A stretch of 64,000 bases of DNA from Auanema rhodensis (lineage: Eukaryota; Animalia; Nematoda), in contig OZ059898.1 of NCBI GenBank assembly GCA_964057225.1, forward strand, positions 10,478,001 to 10,542,000. Reading direction: 5' to 3'. The position numbers and the translations under genes are program-made. Shown one piece after another: positions 52,532 to 64,000 of the stretch; within the stretch, counting starts at the first letter, position 1, and each line of letters starts with the position of its first letter. The notes under the pieces are model-generated. The model saw nothing but the letters and a program-made list of their open reading frames with translations, was not told the DNA's origin and made no database searches.

Positions 52532-54942
52532 TTCGAAAATGTTAGATTGTTTCCGAAAAATTATGAAAAGTCAAGTTCTACTGATTAGAAGAGAATTGTA
52601 AGTTTTAGAAAAGAATTAAAGTTCAGCTATCTCTACTATTAACTGATTATCGGCTAAAATAAGGTAACAGTTTTTATTGAAAGTTTCCATGATTAAGATT
52701 AAACAAAGTAAATAAATCAAAGAGAAACACTTCTTGTTTACTTATTTGATTATAATACTTGAAATTCCAAAAACAGTAGAACAAAATAGAGAAAGCGACG
52801 AAAAAAGTTGAGCGATTTGAAGACAATTGTAAGTTTAAGAAAAAAAATAAAGTTTAGCTCTCTCTACTATTAACTGATTGTCGGCTAAAATATGGTAACA
52901 GTTTTTATTAAAAGTTTCCATGATTAAGATTAAACAAAGAAAAAAAATCAAAGAGAAACACTTCTTGTTTCCTAATTTGATTATAACACTTGAAATTCCA
53001 ACAAAAGTAAAGTAAAACTGTTGAAGCGAGTAAAACTGTTGAACGATTTGAAGACAATTGTAAGTTTTAGAGAACAATTAAACTTTAGCTCTCTCTACTA
53101 TTAACTGATTGTCGGCTAAAATATGGTAACAGTTTTTATTAAAAGTTTCCATGATTAAGATTAAACAAAGAAAAAAAATCAAAGAGAAACACTTCTTGTT
53201 TCCTAATTTGATTATAATACTTGAAATTCCAAAAACAGTAGAATAAAATAGAGAAAGCGACGAAAAAAGTTGAGCGATTTGAAGACAATTGTAAGTTTAA
53301 GAAAAAAAATAAAGTTTAGCTCTCTCTACTATTAACTGATTGTCGGCTAAAATATGGTAACAGTTTTTATTAAAAGTTTCCATGATTAAGATTAAACAAA
53401 GAAAAAAAATCAAAGAGAAACACTTCTTGTTTACTAATTTGATTATAACACTTGAAAATCCAACAAAAGTAAAATAAAACTGTGAAAGCGGGTAAAACTG
53501 TTAAACGATTCGAAGAGAATTGTAAGTTTTAGAAAATAATTAAAAATTAGTTCTCTCTACTATTAACTGATTGTCGGCTAAAATATGGTAACATTTTTTA
53601 TTGAAAGTTTCCATGATTAAGATTAAACAAAGAAAAAAAATCAAAGAGAAACACTTCTTGTTTACTTATTTGATTATAATACTTGAAATTCCAAAAACAG
53701 TAGAATAAAATTGAGAAAGCGACAAAAACAGTTGAACGATTTGAAGAGAATTGTAAGTATTAGAAAAAAAATAAAGTTTAGCTCTCTCTACTATTTAATG
53801 ATTGTCGGCTAAAATATGGTAACAGTTTTTATTAAAAGTTTCCATGATTAAGATTAAACAAAGAAAAAAAATCAAAGAGAAACACTTCTTGTTTACTTAT
53901 TTGATTATAATACTTGAAATTCCAAAAACAGTAGAATAAAATTGAGAAAGCGACAAAAACAGTTTAACGATTTGAAGAGAATTGTAAGTATTAGAAAAAA
54001 ATTAAAGTTTAGCTCTCTCTACTATTTAATGATTGTCGGCTAAAATATGATAACAGTTTTTATTAAAAGTTTCCATGATTGAGATTAAACAAAGAAAAAA
54101 AATCAAAGAGAAACACTTCTTGTTTTCTAATTTGATTATAACACTTGAAATTCCAACAAAAGTAAAGTAAAACTATTCAAGCGAGTAAAACTGTTGAACG
54201 ATTTGAAGACAATTGTAAGTTGAAGAAAAAAATTAAAGTTTAGCTATCTGTACTATTAACTGATTATCGGCTAAAATAAGGTAACAGTTTTTATTGAAAG
54301 TTTCCATGATTAAGATTAAACAAAGAAAAAAAATCAAAGAGAAACACTTCTTGTTTCCTAATTTGATTATAACACTTGAAATTCCAACAAAAGTAAAGTA
54401 AAACTATTCAAGCGAGCAAGACTGTTGAACGATTTGAAGACAATTGTAAGTTGAAGAAAAAAATTAAAGTTTAGCTCTCTCTACTATTAACTGATTGTCG
54501 GCTAAAATATGGTAACAGTTTTTATTAAAAGTTTCCATGATTAAGATTAAACAAAGAAAAAAAATCAAAGAGAAACACTTCTTGTTTTCTAATTTGATTA
54601 TAACACTTGAAATTCCAACAAAAGTAAAGTAAAACTATTCAAGCGAGTAAAACTGTTGAACGATTTGAAGACAATTGTAAGTATTAGAAAAAAATTAAAG
54701 TTTAGCTCTCTCTACTATTTAATGATTGTCGGCTAAAATATGGTAACAGTTTTTATTAAAAGTTTCCATGATTAAGATTAAACAAAGAAAAAAAATCAAA
54801 GAGAAACACTTCTTGTTTACTTATTTGATTATAATACTTGAAATTCCAAAAACAGTAAAGTAAAACTGTTAAAGCGAGTAAAACTGTTGAACTAAAACAG
54901 TCTTTATAAAATATAAATGATATTTTTTTATAAAAATGAAGT

Positions 54943-55013
54943 TGCATCGGCCGGGAATCGAACCCGGGTCGCCCGCGTGGCAGGCGAGCATTCTACCACT
55001 GAACCACCGATGC
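54943..55013 (-). tRNA. tRNA-Gly-GCC: tRNA-Gly (GCC), consensus
   Basis: Identical to consensus. Confidence 0.95.
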
Positions 55014-57193
55014 TTCGAAAATGTTAGATTGTTTCCGAAAAATTATGAAAAGTCAAGTTCTACTGATTTGAAGAGAATTGTAAGTTTTAGAAAAGAATTA
55101 AAGTTCAGCTATCTCTACTATTAACTGATTATCGGCTAAAATAAGGTAACAGTTTTTATTGAAAGTGTCCATGATTAAGATTAAACAAAGAAAAAAAATC
55201 AAAGAGAAACACTTCTTGTTTACTTATTTGATTATAATACTTGAAATTCCAAAAACAGTAGAATAAAATAGAGAAAGCGACGAAAAAAGTTGAGCGATTT
55301 GAAGACAATTGTAAGTTTAAGAAAAAAAATAAAGTTTAGCTCTCTCTACTATTAACTGATTGTCGGCTAAAATATGGTAACAGTTTTTATTAAAAGTTTC
55401 CATGATTAAGATTAAACAAAGAAAAAAAATCAAAGAGAAACACTTCTTGTTTTCTAATTTGATTATAACACTTGAAATTCCAACAAAAGTAAAGTAAAAC
55501 TATTCAAGCGAGTAAAACTGTTGAACGATTTGAAGACAATTGTAAGTTGAAGAAAAAAATTAAAGTTTAGCTCTCTCTACTATTAACTGATTGTCGGCTA
55601 AAATATGGTAACAGTTTTTATTAAAAGTTTCCATGACTAAGATTAAACAAAGAAAAAAAATCAAAGAGAAACACTTCTTGTTTTCTAATTTGATTATAAC
55701 AGTTGAAATTCCAACAAAAGTAAAGTAAAACTATTCAAGCGAGCAAGACTGTTGAACGATTTGAAGACAATTGTAAGTTTTAGAAAAGAATTAAAGTTCA
55801 CCTATCTCTACTATTAACTGATTATCGGCTAAAATAAGGTAACAGTTTTTATTGAAAGTTTCCATGATTAAGATTAAACAAAGAAAAAAAATCAAAGAGA
55901 AACACTTCTTGTTTACTTATTTGATTATAATACTTGAAATTCCAAAAACAGTAGAATAAAATAGAGAAAGCGACGAAAAAAGTTGAGCGATTTGAAGACA
56001 ATTGTAAGTTGAAGAAAAAAATTAAAGTTTAGCTCTCTCTACTATTAACTGATTGTCGGCTAAAATATGGTAACAGTTTTTATTAAAAGTTTCCATGACT
56101 AAGATTAAACAAAGAAAAAAAATCAAAGAGAAACACTTCTTGTTTTCTAATTTGATTATAACAGTTGAAATTCCAACAAAAGTAAAGTAAAACTATTCAA
56201 GCGAGCAAGACTGTTGAACGATTTGAAGACAATTGTAAGTTTTAGAAAAGAATTAAAGTTCACCTATCTCTACTATTAACTGATTATCGGCTAAAATAAG
56301 GTAACAGTTTTTATTGAAAGTTTCCATGATTAAGATTAAACAAAGAAAAAAAATCAAAGAGAAACACTTCTTGTTTACTTATTTGATTATAATACTTGAA
56401 ATTCCAAAAACAGTAGAATAAAATAGAGAAAGCGACGAAAAAAGTTGAGCGATTTGAAGACAATTGTAAGTTTAAGAAAAAAAATAAAGTTTAGCTCTCT
56501 CTACTATTAACTGATTATCGGCTAAAATAAGGTAACAGTTTTTATTGAAAGTTTCCATGATTAAGATTAAACAAAGAAAAAAAATCAAAGAGAAACACTT
56601 CTTGTTTTCTAATTTGATTATAACAGTTGAAATTCCAACAAAAGTAAAGTAAAACTATTCAAGCGAGCAAGACTGTTGAACGATTTGAAGACAATTGTAA
56701 GTTGAAGAAAAGAATTAAAGTTTAGCTCTCTCTACTATTAACTGATTGTCGGCTAAAATATGGTAACAGTTTTTATTAAAAGTTTCCATGATTAAGATTA
56801 AACAAAGAAAAAAAATCAAAGAGAAACACTTCTTGTTTTCTAATTTGATTATAACACTTGAAATTCCAACAAAAGTAAAGTAAAACTATTCAAGCGAGTA
56901 AAACTGTTGAACGATTTGAAGACAATTGTAAGTTGAAGAAAAAAATTAAAGTTCAGCTATCTGTACTATTAACTGATTATCGGCTAAAATAAGGTAACAG
57001 TTTTTATTGAAAGTTTCCATGATTAAGATTAAACAAAGAAAAAAAATCAAAGAGAAACACTTCTTGTTTACTTATTTGATTATAATACTTGAAATTCCAA
57101 CAAAAGTAAAGTAAAACTGTTAAAGCGAGTAAAACTGTTGAACTAAAACAGTCTTTATAAAATATAAATGATATTTTTTTATAAAAATGAAGT

Positions 57194-57264
57194 TGCATCG
57201 GCCGGGAATCGAACCCGGGTCGCCCGCGTGGCAGGCGAGCATTCTACCACTGAACCACCGATGC
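57194..57264 (-). tRNA. tRNA-Gly-GCC: tRNA-Gly (GCC), consensus
   Basis: Identical to consensus. Confidence 0.95.
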
Positions 57265-57827
57265 TTCGAAAATGTTAGATTGTTTCCGAAAAATGATGAA
57301 AAGTCAAGTTCTACTGATTTGAAGAGAATTGTAAGTTTTAGAAAAGAATTAAAGTTCAGCTATCTCAACTATTAACTGATTATCGGCTAAAATAAGGTAA
57401 CAGTTTTTATTGAAAGTTTCCATGATTAAGATTAAACAAAGAAAAAAAATCAAAGAGAAACACTTCTTGTTTACTTATTTGATTATAATACTTGAAATTC
57501 CAAAAACAGTAGAATAAAATAGAGAAAGCGACGAAAAAAGTTGAGCGATTTGAAGACAATTGTAAGTTTAAGAAAAAAAATAAAGTTTAGCTCTCTCTAC
57601 TATTAACTGATTGTCAGCTAAAATATGGTAACAGTTTTTATTAAAAGTTTCCATGATTAAGATTAAACAAAGAAAAAAAATCAAAGAGAAACACTTCTTG
57701 TTTCCTAATTTGATTATAACACTTGAAATTCCAACAAAAGTAAAGTAAAACTGTTAAAGCGAGTAAAACTGTTGAACTAAAACAGTCTTTATAAAATATA
57801 AATGATATTTTTTTATAAAAATGAAGT

Positions 57828-57898
57828 TGCATCGGCCGGGAATCGAACCCGGGTCGCCCGCGTGGCAGGCGAGCATTCTACCACTGAACCACCGATGC
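57828..57898 (-). tRNA. tRNA-Gly-GCC: tRNA-Gly (GCC), consensus
   Basis: Identical to consensus. Confidence 0.95.
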
Positions 57899-58923
57899 TT
57901 CGAAAATGTTAGATTGTTTCCGAAAAATTATGAAAAGTCAAGTTCTACTGATTAGAAGAGAATTGTAAGTTTTAGAAAAGAATTAAAGTTCAGCTATCTC
58001 TACTATTAACTGATTATCGGCTAAAATAAGGTAACAGTTTTTATTGAAAGTTTCCATGATTAAGATTAAACAAAGAAAAAAAATCAAAGAGAAACACTTC
58101 TTGTTTACTTATTTGATTATAATACTTGAAATTCCAAAAACAGTAGAATAAAATAGAGAAAGCGACGAAAAAAGTTGAGCGATTTGAAGACAATTGTAAG
58201 TTTAAGAAAAAAAATAAAGTTTAGCTCTCTCTACTATTAACTGATTGTCGGCTAAAATATGGTAACAGTTTTTATTAAAAGTTTCCATGATTAAGATTAA
58301 ACAAAGAAAAAAAATCAAAGAGAAACACTTCTTGTTTTCTAATTTGATTATAACACTTGAAATTCCAACAAAAGTAAAGTAAAACTATTCAAGCGAGTAA
58401 AACTGTTGAACGATTTGAAGACAATTGTAAGTTGAAGAAAAAAATTAAAGTTTAGCTCTCTCTACTATTAACTGATTGTCGGCTAAAATATGGTAACAGT
58501 TTTTATTAAAAGTTTCCATGACTAAGATTAAACAAAGAAAAAAAATCAAAGAGAAACACTTCTTGTTTTCTAATTTGATTATAACAGTTGAAATTCCAAC
58601 AAAAGTAAAGTAAAACTATTCAAGCGAGCAAGACTGTTGAACGATTTGAAGACAATTGTAAGTTGAAGAAAAAAATTAAAGTTTAGCTCTCTCTACTATT
58701 AACTGATTGTCGGCTAAAATATGGTAACAGTTTTTATTAAAAGTTTCCATGACTAAGATTAAACAAAGAAAAAAAATCAAAGAGAAACACTTCTTGTTTC
58801 CTAATTTGATTATAACACTTGAAAATCCAACAAAAGTAAAATAAAACTGTGAAAGCGGGTAAAACTGTTGAACTAAAACAGTCTTTATAAAATATAAATG
58901 ATATTTTTTTAGAAAAGTGAAGT

Positions 58924-58994
58924 TGCATCGGCCGGGAATCGAACCCGGGTCGCCCGCGTGGCAGGCGAGCATTCTACCACTGAACCACCGATGC
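58924..58994 (-). tRNA. tRNA-Gly-GCC: tRNA-Gly (GCC), consensus
   Basis: Identical to consensus. Confidence 0.95.
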
Positions 58995-61636
58995 TTCGAA
59001 AATGTTAGATTGTTTCCGAAAAATTATGAAAAGTCAAGTTCTACTGATTAGAAGAGAATTGTAAGTTTTAGAAAAGAATTAAAGTTCAGCTATCTCTACT
59101 ATTAACTGATTATCGGCTAAAATAAGGTAACAGTTTTTATTGAAAGTTTCCATGATTAAGATTAAACAAAGTAAATAAATCAAAGAGAAACACTTCTTGT
59201 TTACTTATTTGATTATAATACTTGAAATTCCAAAAACAGTAGAACAAAATAGAGAAAGCGACGAAAAAAGTTGAGCGATTTGAAGACAATTGTAAGTTTA
59301 AGAAAAAAAATAAAGTTTAGCTCTCTCTACTATTAACTGATTGTCGGCTAAAATATGGTAACAGTTTTTATTAAAAGTTTCCATGATTAAGATTAAACAA
59401 AGAAAAAAAATCAAAGAGAAACACTTCTTGTTTCCTAATTTGATTATAACACTTGAAATTCCAACAAAAGTAAAGTAAAACTGTTGAAGCGAGTAAAACT
59501 GTTGAACGATTTGAAGACAATTGTAAGTTTTAGAGAACAATTAAACTTTAGCTCTCTCTACTATTAACTGATTGTCGGCTAAAATATGGTAACAGTTTTT
59601 ATTAAAAGTTTCCATGATTAAGATTAAACAAAGAAAAAAAATCAAAGAGAAACACTTCTTGTTTCCTAATTTGATTATAATACTTGAAATTCCAAAAACA
59701 GTAGAATAAAATAGAGAAAGCGACGAAAAAAGTTGAGCGATTTGAAGACAATTGTAAGTTTAAGAAAAAAAATAAAGTTTAGCTCTCTCTACTATTAACT
59801 GATTGTCGGCTAAAATATGGTAACAGTTTTTATTAAAAGTTTCCATGATTAAGATTAAACAAAGAAAAAAAATCAAAGAGAAACACTTCTTGTTTACTAA
59901 TTTGATTATAACACTTGAAAATCCAACAAAAGTAAAATAAAACTGTGAAAGCGGGTAAAACTGTTAAACGATTCGAAGAGAATTGTAAGTTTTAGAAAAT
60001 AATTAAAAATTAGTTCTCTCTACTATTAACTGATTGTCGGCTAAAATATGGTAACATTTTTTATTGAAAGTTTCCATGATTAAGATTAAACAAAGAAAAA
60101 AAATCAAAGAGAAACACTTCTTGTTTACTTATTTGATTATAATACTTGAAATTCCAAAAACAGTAGAATAAAATTGAGAAAGCGACAAAAACAGTTGAAC
60201 GATTTGAAGAGAATTGTAAGTTTTAGAAAAAAATTAAAAATTAGTTCTCTCTACTATTAACTGATTGTCGGCTAAAATATGGTAACATTTTTTATAAAAA
60301 GTTTCCATGATTAGGATTAAACAAAAAAAAAGAATCAAAAAGAAACACTTCTTGTTTACTTATTTGATTATAAAACTTGAAATTCGAAAAAAAGTAAAAA
60401 ACAATTGAGAAAGCGACATAAACAGTTGAACGATTTGAAGAGAATTGTAAGTTTTAGAAAAGAATTAAAGTTCTGCTATCTGTACTATTAACTGATTATC
60501 GGCTAAAATAAGGTAACAGTTTTTATTGAAAGTTTCCATAATTAAGATTAAACAAAGAAAAAAAATCGAAGAGAAACACTTCTTGTTTACTTATTTGATT
60601 ATAATACTTGAAATTCTAAAAACAGTAGAATAAAATTGAGAAAGCGACAAAAACAGTTGAACGATTTGAAGAGAATTGTAAGTTTTAGAAAATAATTAAA
60701 AATTAGTTCTCTCTACTATTAACTGATTGTCGGCTAAAATATGGTAACATTTTTTATAAAAAGTTTCCATGATTAGGATTAAACAAAAAAAAAGAATCAT
60801 AAAGAAACACTTCTTGTTTACTTATTTGGTTATAAAACTTGAAAATCGAAAAAAAGTAAAGTAAAACTATTCAAGCGAGTAAAACTGTTGAACGATTTGA
60901 AGACAATTGTAAGTTGAAGAAAAGAATTAAAGTTCTGCTATCTGTACTATTAACTGATTATCGGCTAAAATAAGGTAACAGTTTTTATTGAAAGTTTCCA
61001 TAATTAAGATTAAACAAAGAAAAAAAATCGAAGAGAAACACTTCTTGTTTACTTATTTGATTATAATACTTGAAATTCGAAAAAAAGTAAAAAACAATTG
61101 AGAAAGCGACATAAACAGTTGAACGATTTGAAGAGAATTGTAAGTTTTAGAAAAGAATTAAAGTTTAGCTCTCTCTACTATTAACTGATTGTCGGCTAAA
61201 ATATGGTAACAGTTTTTATTAAAAGTTTCCATGATTAAGATTAAACAAAGAAAAATAATCAAAGAGAAACACATCTTGTTTTCTAATTCGATTATAACAG
61301 TTGAAATTCCAACAAAAGTAAAGTAAAACTATTCAAGCGAGTAAGACTGTTGAACGATTTGAAGACAATTGTAAGTTGAAGAAAAAAATTAAAGTTTAGC
61401 TCTCTCTACTATTAACTGATTGTCGGCTAAAATATGGTAACAGTTTTTATTAAAAGTTTCCATGACTAAGATTAAACAAAGAAAAAAAATCAAAGAGAAA
61501 CACTTCTTGTTTCCTAATTTGATTATAACACTTGAAATTCCAACAAAAGTAAAGTAAAACTGTTAAAGCGAGTAAAACTGTTGAACTAAAACAGTCTTTA
61601 TAAAATATAAATGATATTTTTTTATAAAAATGAAGT

Positions 61637-61707
61637 TGCATCGGCCGGGAATCGAACCCGGGTCGCCCGCGTGGCAGGCGAGCATTCTACCACTGAACCA
61701 CCGATGC
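61637..61707 (-). tRNA. tRNA-Gly-GCC: tRNA-Gly (GCC), consensus
   Basis: Identical to consensus. Confidence 0.95.
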
Positions 61708-62039
61708 TTCGAAAATGTTAGATTGTTTCCGAAAAATTATGAAAAGTCAAGTTCTACTGATTTGAAGAGAATTGTAAGTTTTAGAAAAGAATTAAAGGTC
61801 AGCTATCTCTACTATTAACTGATTATCGGCTAAAATATGGTAACAGTTTTTATTAAAAGTTTCCATGATTAAGATTAAACAAAGAAAAAAAATCAAAGAG
61901 AAACACTTCTTGTTTACTAATTTGATTATAACACTTGAAAATCCAACAAAAGTAAAATAAAACTGTGAAAGCGGGTAAAACTGTTGAACTAAAACAGTCT
62001 TTATAAAATATAAATGATATTTTTTTAGAAAAGTGAAGT

Positions 62040-62110
62040 TGCATCGGCCGGGAATCGAACCCGGGTCGCCCGCGTGGCAGGCGAGCATTCTAACACTGAA
62101 CCACCGATGC
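62040..62110 (-). tRNA. tRNA-Gly-GCC: tRNA-Gly (GCC) variant G19T (A-box / D-loop GG)
   Basis: Plus strand CATTCTAACACTG. Confidence 0.82.
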
Positions 62111-63366
62111 TTCGAAAATGTTATATTGTTTCCGAAAAATTATGAAAAGTCAAGTTCTACTGATTTGAAGAGAATTGTAAGTTTTAGAAAAGAATTAAAG
62201 TTCAGCTATCTCTACTATTAACTGATTATCGGCTAAAATAAGGTAACAGTTTTTATTGAAAGTTTCCATGATTAAGATTAAACAAAGAAAAAAAATCAAA
62301 GAGAAACACTTCTTGTTTACTTATTTGATTATAATACTTGAAATTCCAAAAACAGTAGAATAAAATTGAGAAAGCGACAAAAACAGTTGAACGATTTGAA
62401 GAGAATTGTAAGTTTTAGAAAATAATTAAAAATTAGTTCTCTCTACTATTAACTGATTGTCGGCTAAAATATGGTAACATTTTTTATAAAAAGTTTCCAT
62501 GATTAGGATTAAACAAAAAAAAAGAATCAAAAAGAAACACTTCTTGTTTACTTATTTGATTATAATACTTGAAATTCGAAAAAAAGTGAAAAACAATTGA
62601 GAAAGCGACATAAACAGTTGAACGATTTGAAGAGAATTGTAAGTTTTAGAAAAGAATTAAAGTTCAGCTATCTGTACTATTAACTGATTATCGGCTAAAA
62701 TAAGGTAACAGTTTTTATTGAAAGTTTCCATAATTAAGATTAAACAAAGAAAAAAAATCGAAGAGAAACACTTCTTGTTTACTTATTTGATTATAATACT
62801 TGAAATTCTAAAAACAGTAGAATAAAATTGAGAAAGCGACAAAAACAGTTGAACGATTTGAAGAGAATTGTAAGTTTTAGAAAATAATTAAAAATTAGTT
62901 CTCTCTACTATTAACTGATTGTCGGCTAAAATATGGTAACAGTTTTTATTAAAAGTTTCCATGACTAAGATTAAACAAAGAAAAAAAATCAAAGAGAAAC
63001 ACATCTTGTTTTCTAATTCGATTATAACAGTTGAAATTCCAACAAAAGTAAAGTAAAACTATTCAAGCGAGTAAGACTGTTGAACGATTTGAAGAGAATT
63101 GTAAGTATTAGAAAAAAATTAAAGTTTAGCTCTCTCTACTATTTAATGATTGTCGGCTAAAATATGGTAACAGTTTTTATTAAAAGTTTCCATGACTAAG
63201 ATTAAACAAAGAAAAAAAATCAAAGAGAAACACTTCTTGTTTCCTAATTTGATTATAACACTTGAAATTCCAACAAAAGTAAAGTAAAACTGTTAAAGCG
63301 AGTAAAACTGTTGAACTAAAACAGTCTTTATAAAATATAAATGATATTTTTTTATAAAAATGAAGT

Positions 63367-63437
63367 TGCATCGGCCGGGAATCGAACCCGGGTCGCCCGC
63401 GTGGCAGGCGAGCATTCTACCACTGAACCACCGATGC
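63367..63437 (-). tRNA. tRNA-Gly-GCC: tRNA-Gly (GCC), consensus
   Basis: Identical to consensus. Confidence 0.95.
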
Positions 63438-63769
63438 TTCGAAAATGTTAGATTGTTTCCGAAAAATTATGAAAAGTCAAGTTCTACTGATTTGAAGAGA
63501 ATTGTAAGTTTTAGAAAAGAATTAAAGGTCAGCTATCTCTACTATTAACTGATTATCGGCTAAAATATGGTAACAGTTTTTATTAAAAGTTTCCATGATT
63601 AAGATTAAACAAAGAAAAAAAATCAAAGAGAAACACTTCTTGTTTACTAATTTGATTATAACACTTGAAAATCCAACAAAAGTAAAATAAAACTGTGAAA
63701 GCGGGTAAAACTGTTGAACTAAAACAGTCTTTATAAAATATAAATGATATTTTTTTAGAAAAGTGAAGT

Positions 63770-63840
63770 TGCATCGGCCGGGAATCGAACCCGGGTCGCC
63801 CGCGTGGCAGGCGAGCATTCTAACACTGAACCACCGATGC
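63770..63840 (-). tRNA. tRNA-Gly-GCC: tRNA-Gly (GCC) variant G19T
   Basis: CATTCTAACACTG. Confidence 0.82.
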
Positions 63841-64000
63841 TTCGAAAATGTTATATTGTTTCCGAAAAATTATGAAAAGTCAAGTTCTACTGATTTGAAG
63901 AGAATTGTAAGTTTTAGAAAAGAATTAAAGTTCAGCTATCTCTACTATTAACTGATTATCGGCTAAAATAAGGTAACAGTTTTTATTGAAAGTTTCCATG

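Larger units (their letters stand above)
47145..60220. repeat. Near-identical tandem duplication, period 6463 bp (25 monomers + 4 cassettes)
   Basis: tRNAs 48480/54943, 50731/57194, 51365/57828, 52461/58924; 25*231+4*172=6463. Confidence 0.92.
1..64000. repeat. ~231-bp AT-rich tandem satellite array (~240 monomers, several monomer haplotypes) carrying 50 interspersed tRNA-Gly cassettes; runs off both window ends
   Basis: Motifs such as GAAACACTTCTTGTTT, TTGATTATAA, GATTTGAAGA.AATTGTAAG and CGGCTAAAATA.GGTAACAGTTTTTAT recur every ~230-232 bp throughout; tRNA-to-tRNA distances equal 172+n*231. Confidence 0.97.
61390..64000. repeat. Higher-order repeat, period 1730 bp (6 monomers + consensus and G19T tRNAs)
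   Basis: 61637/63367 and 62040/63770; private variants TTAAAGGTCAGC and TGTTATATTG; boundaries approximate. Confidence 0.85.

Noticed and set aside
631-63951. About 100 short ORFs (MLACHAGDPG..., MQLHFYKK..., MKLHRPGIEPG..., METFNKN...)
   Set aside because: They are translations of the tRNA and satellite on both strands, low-complexity F/L/I/K-rich, and opened or closed by homopolymer length changes; no coding signal
1-64000. CRISPR-like repeat/spacer array
   Set aside because: Intervals between constant blocks are homologous satellite monomers, not unique spacers; no cas genes; the tRNA is eukaryotic-type
1-64000. Definite centromere, rDNA/5S or telomere assignment, or a species identification
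   Set aside because: No rRNA, 5S, telomeric motif or other diagnostic sequence seen; chromosomal role and host cannot be determined from this window

Overview
The whole 64-kb window is one eukaryotic, very AT-rich tandem satellite array of roughly 240 head-to-tail monomers of ~231 bp. It has no credible protein-coding gene; every ORF in the track is a repeat-derived artefact. A fixed 172-bp cassette sits at the same monomer position (...GTTGAAC^GATTTGAAG...) in 50 monomers, always in the same orientation. The cassette is 50 bp of 3' trailer with a Pol III T-run terminator, a 71-nt intronless CCA-less metazoan-type tRNA-Gly(GCC) on the minus strand, and a 51-bp 5' leader. By manual reading, 30 copies match the consensus tRNA, 14 carry point substitutions, 3 carry a 10-nt deletion and 3 have the anticodon loop replaced. 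Six of the seven distinct point substitutions in full-length copies hit conserved A-box/B-box promoter bases. The array shows nested higher-order duplications (865, 882, 1155, 1498, 1730, 1899, 2310, 3164, 6463 bp and ~13.7 kb) and a 10-kb tRNA-free stretch. It also has template-switch and junction scars, and two 'empty' monomers that carry the cassette-linked flanking haplotype without the cassette. Counts and repeat boundaries were read by eye and should be verified computationally.
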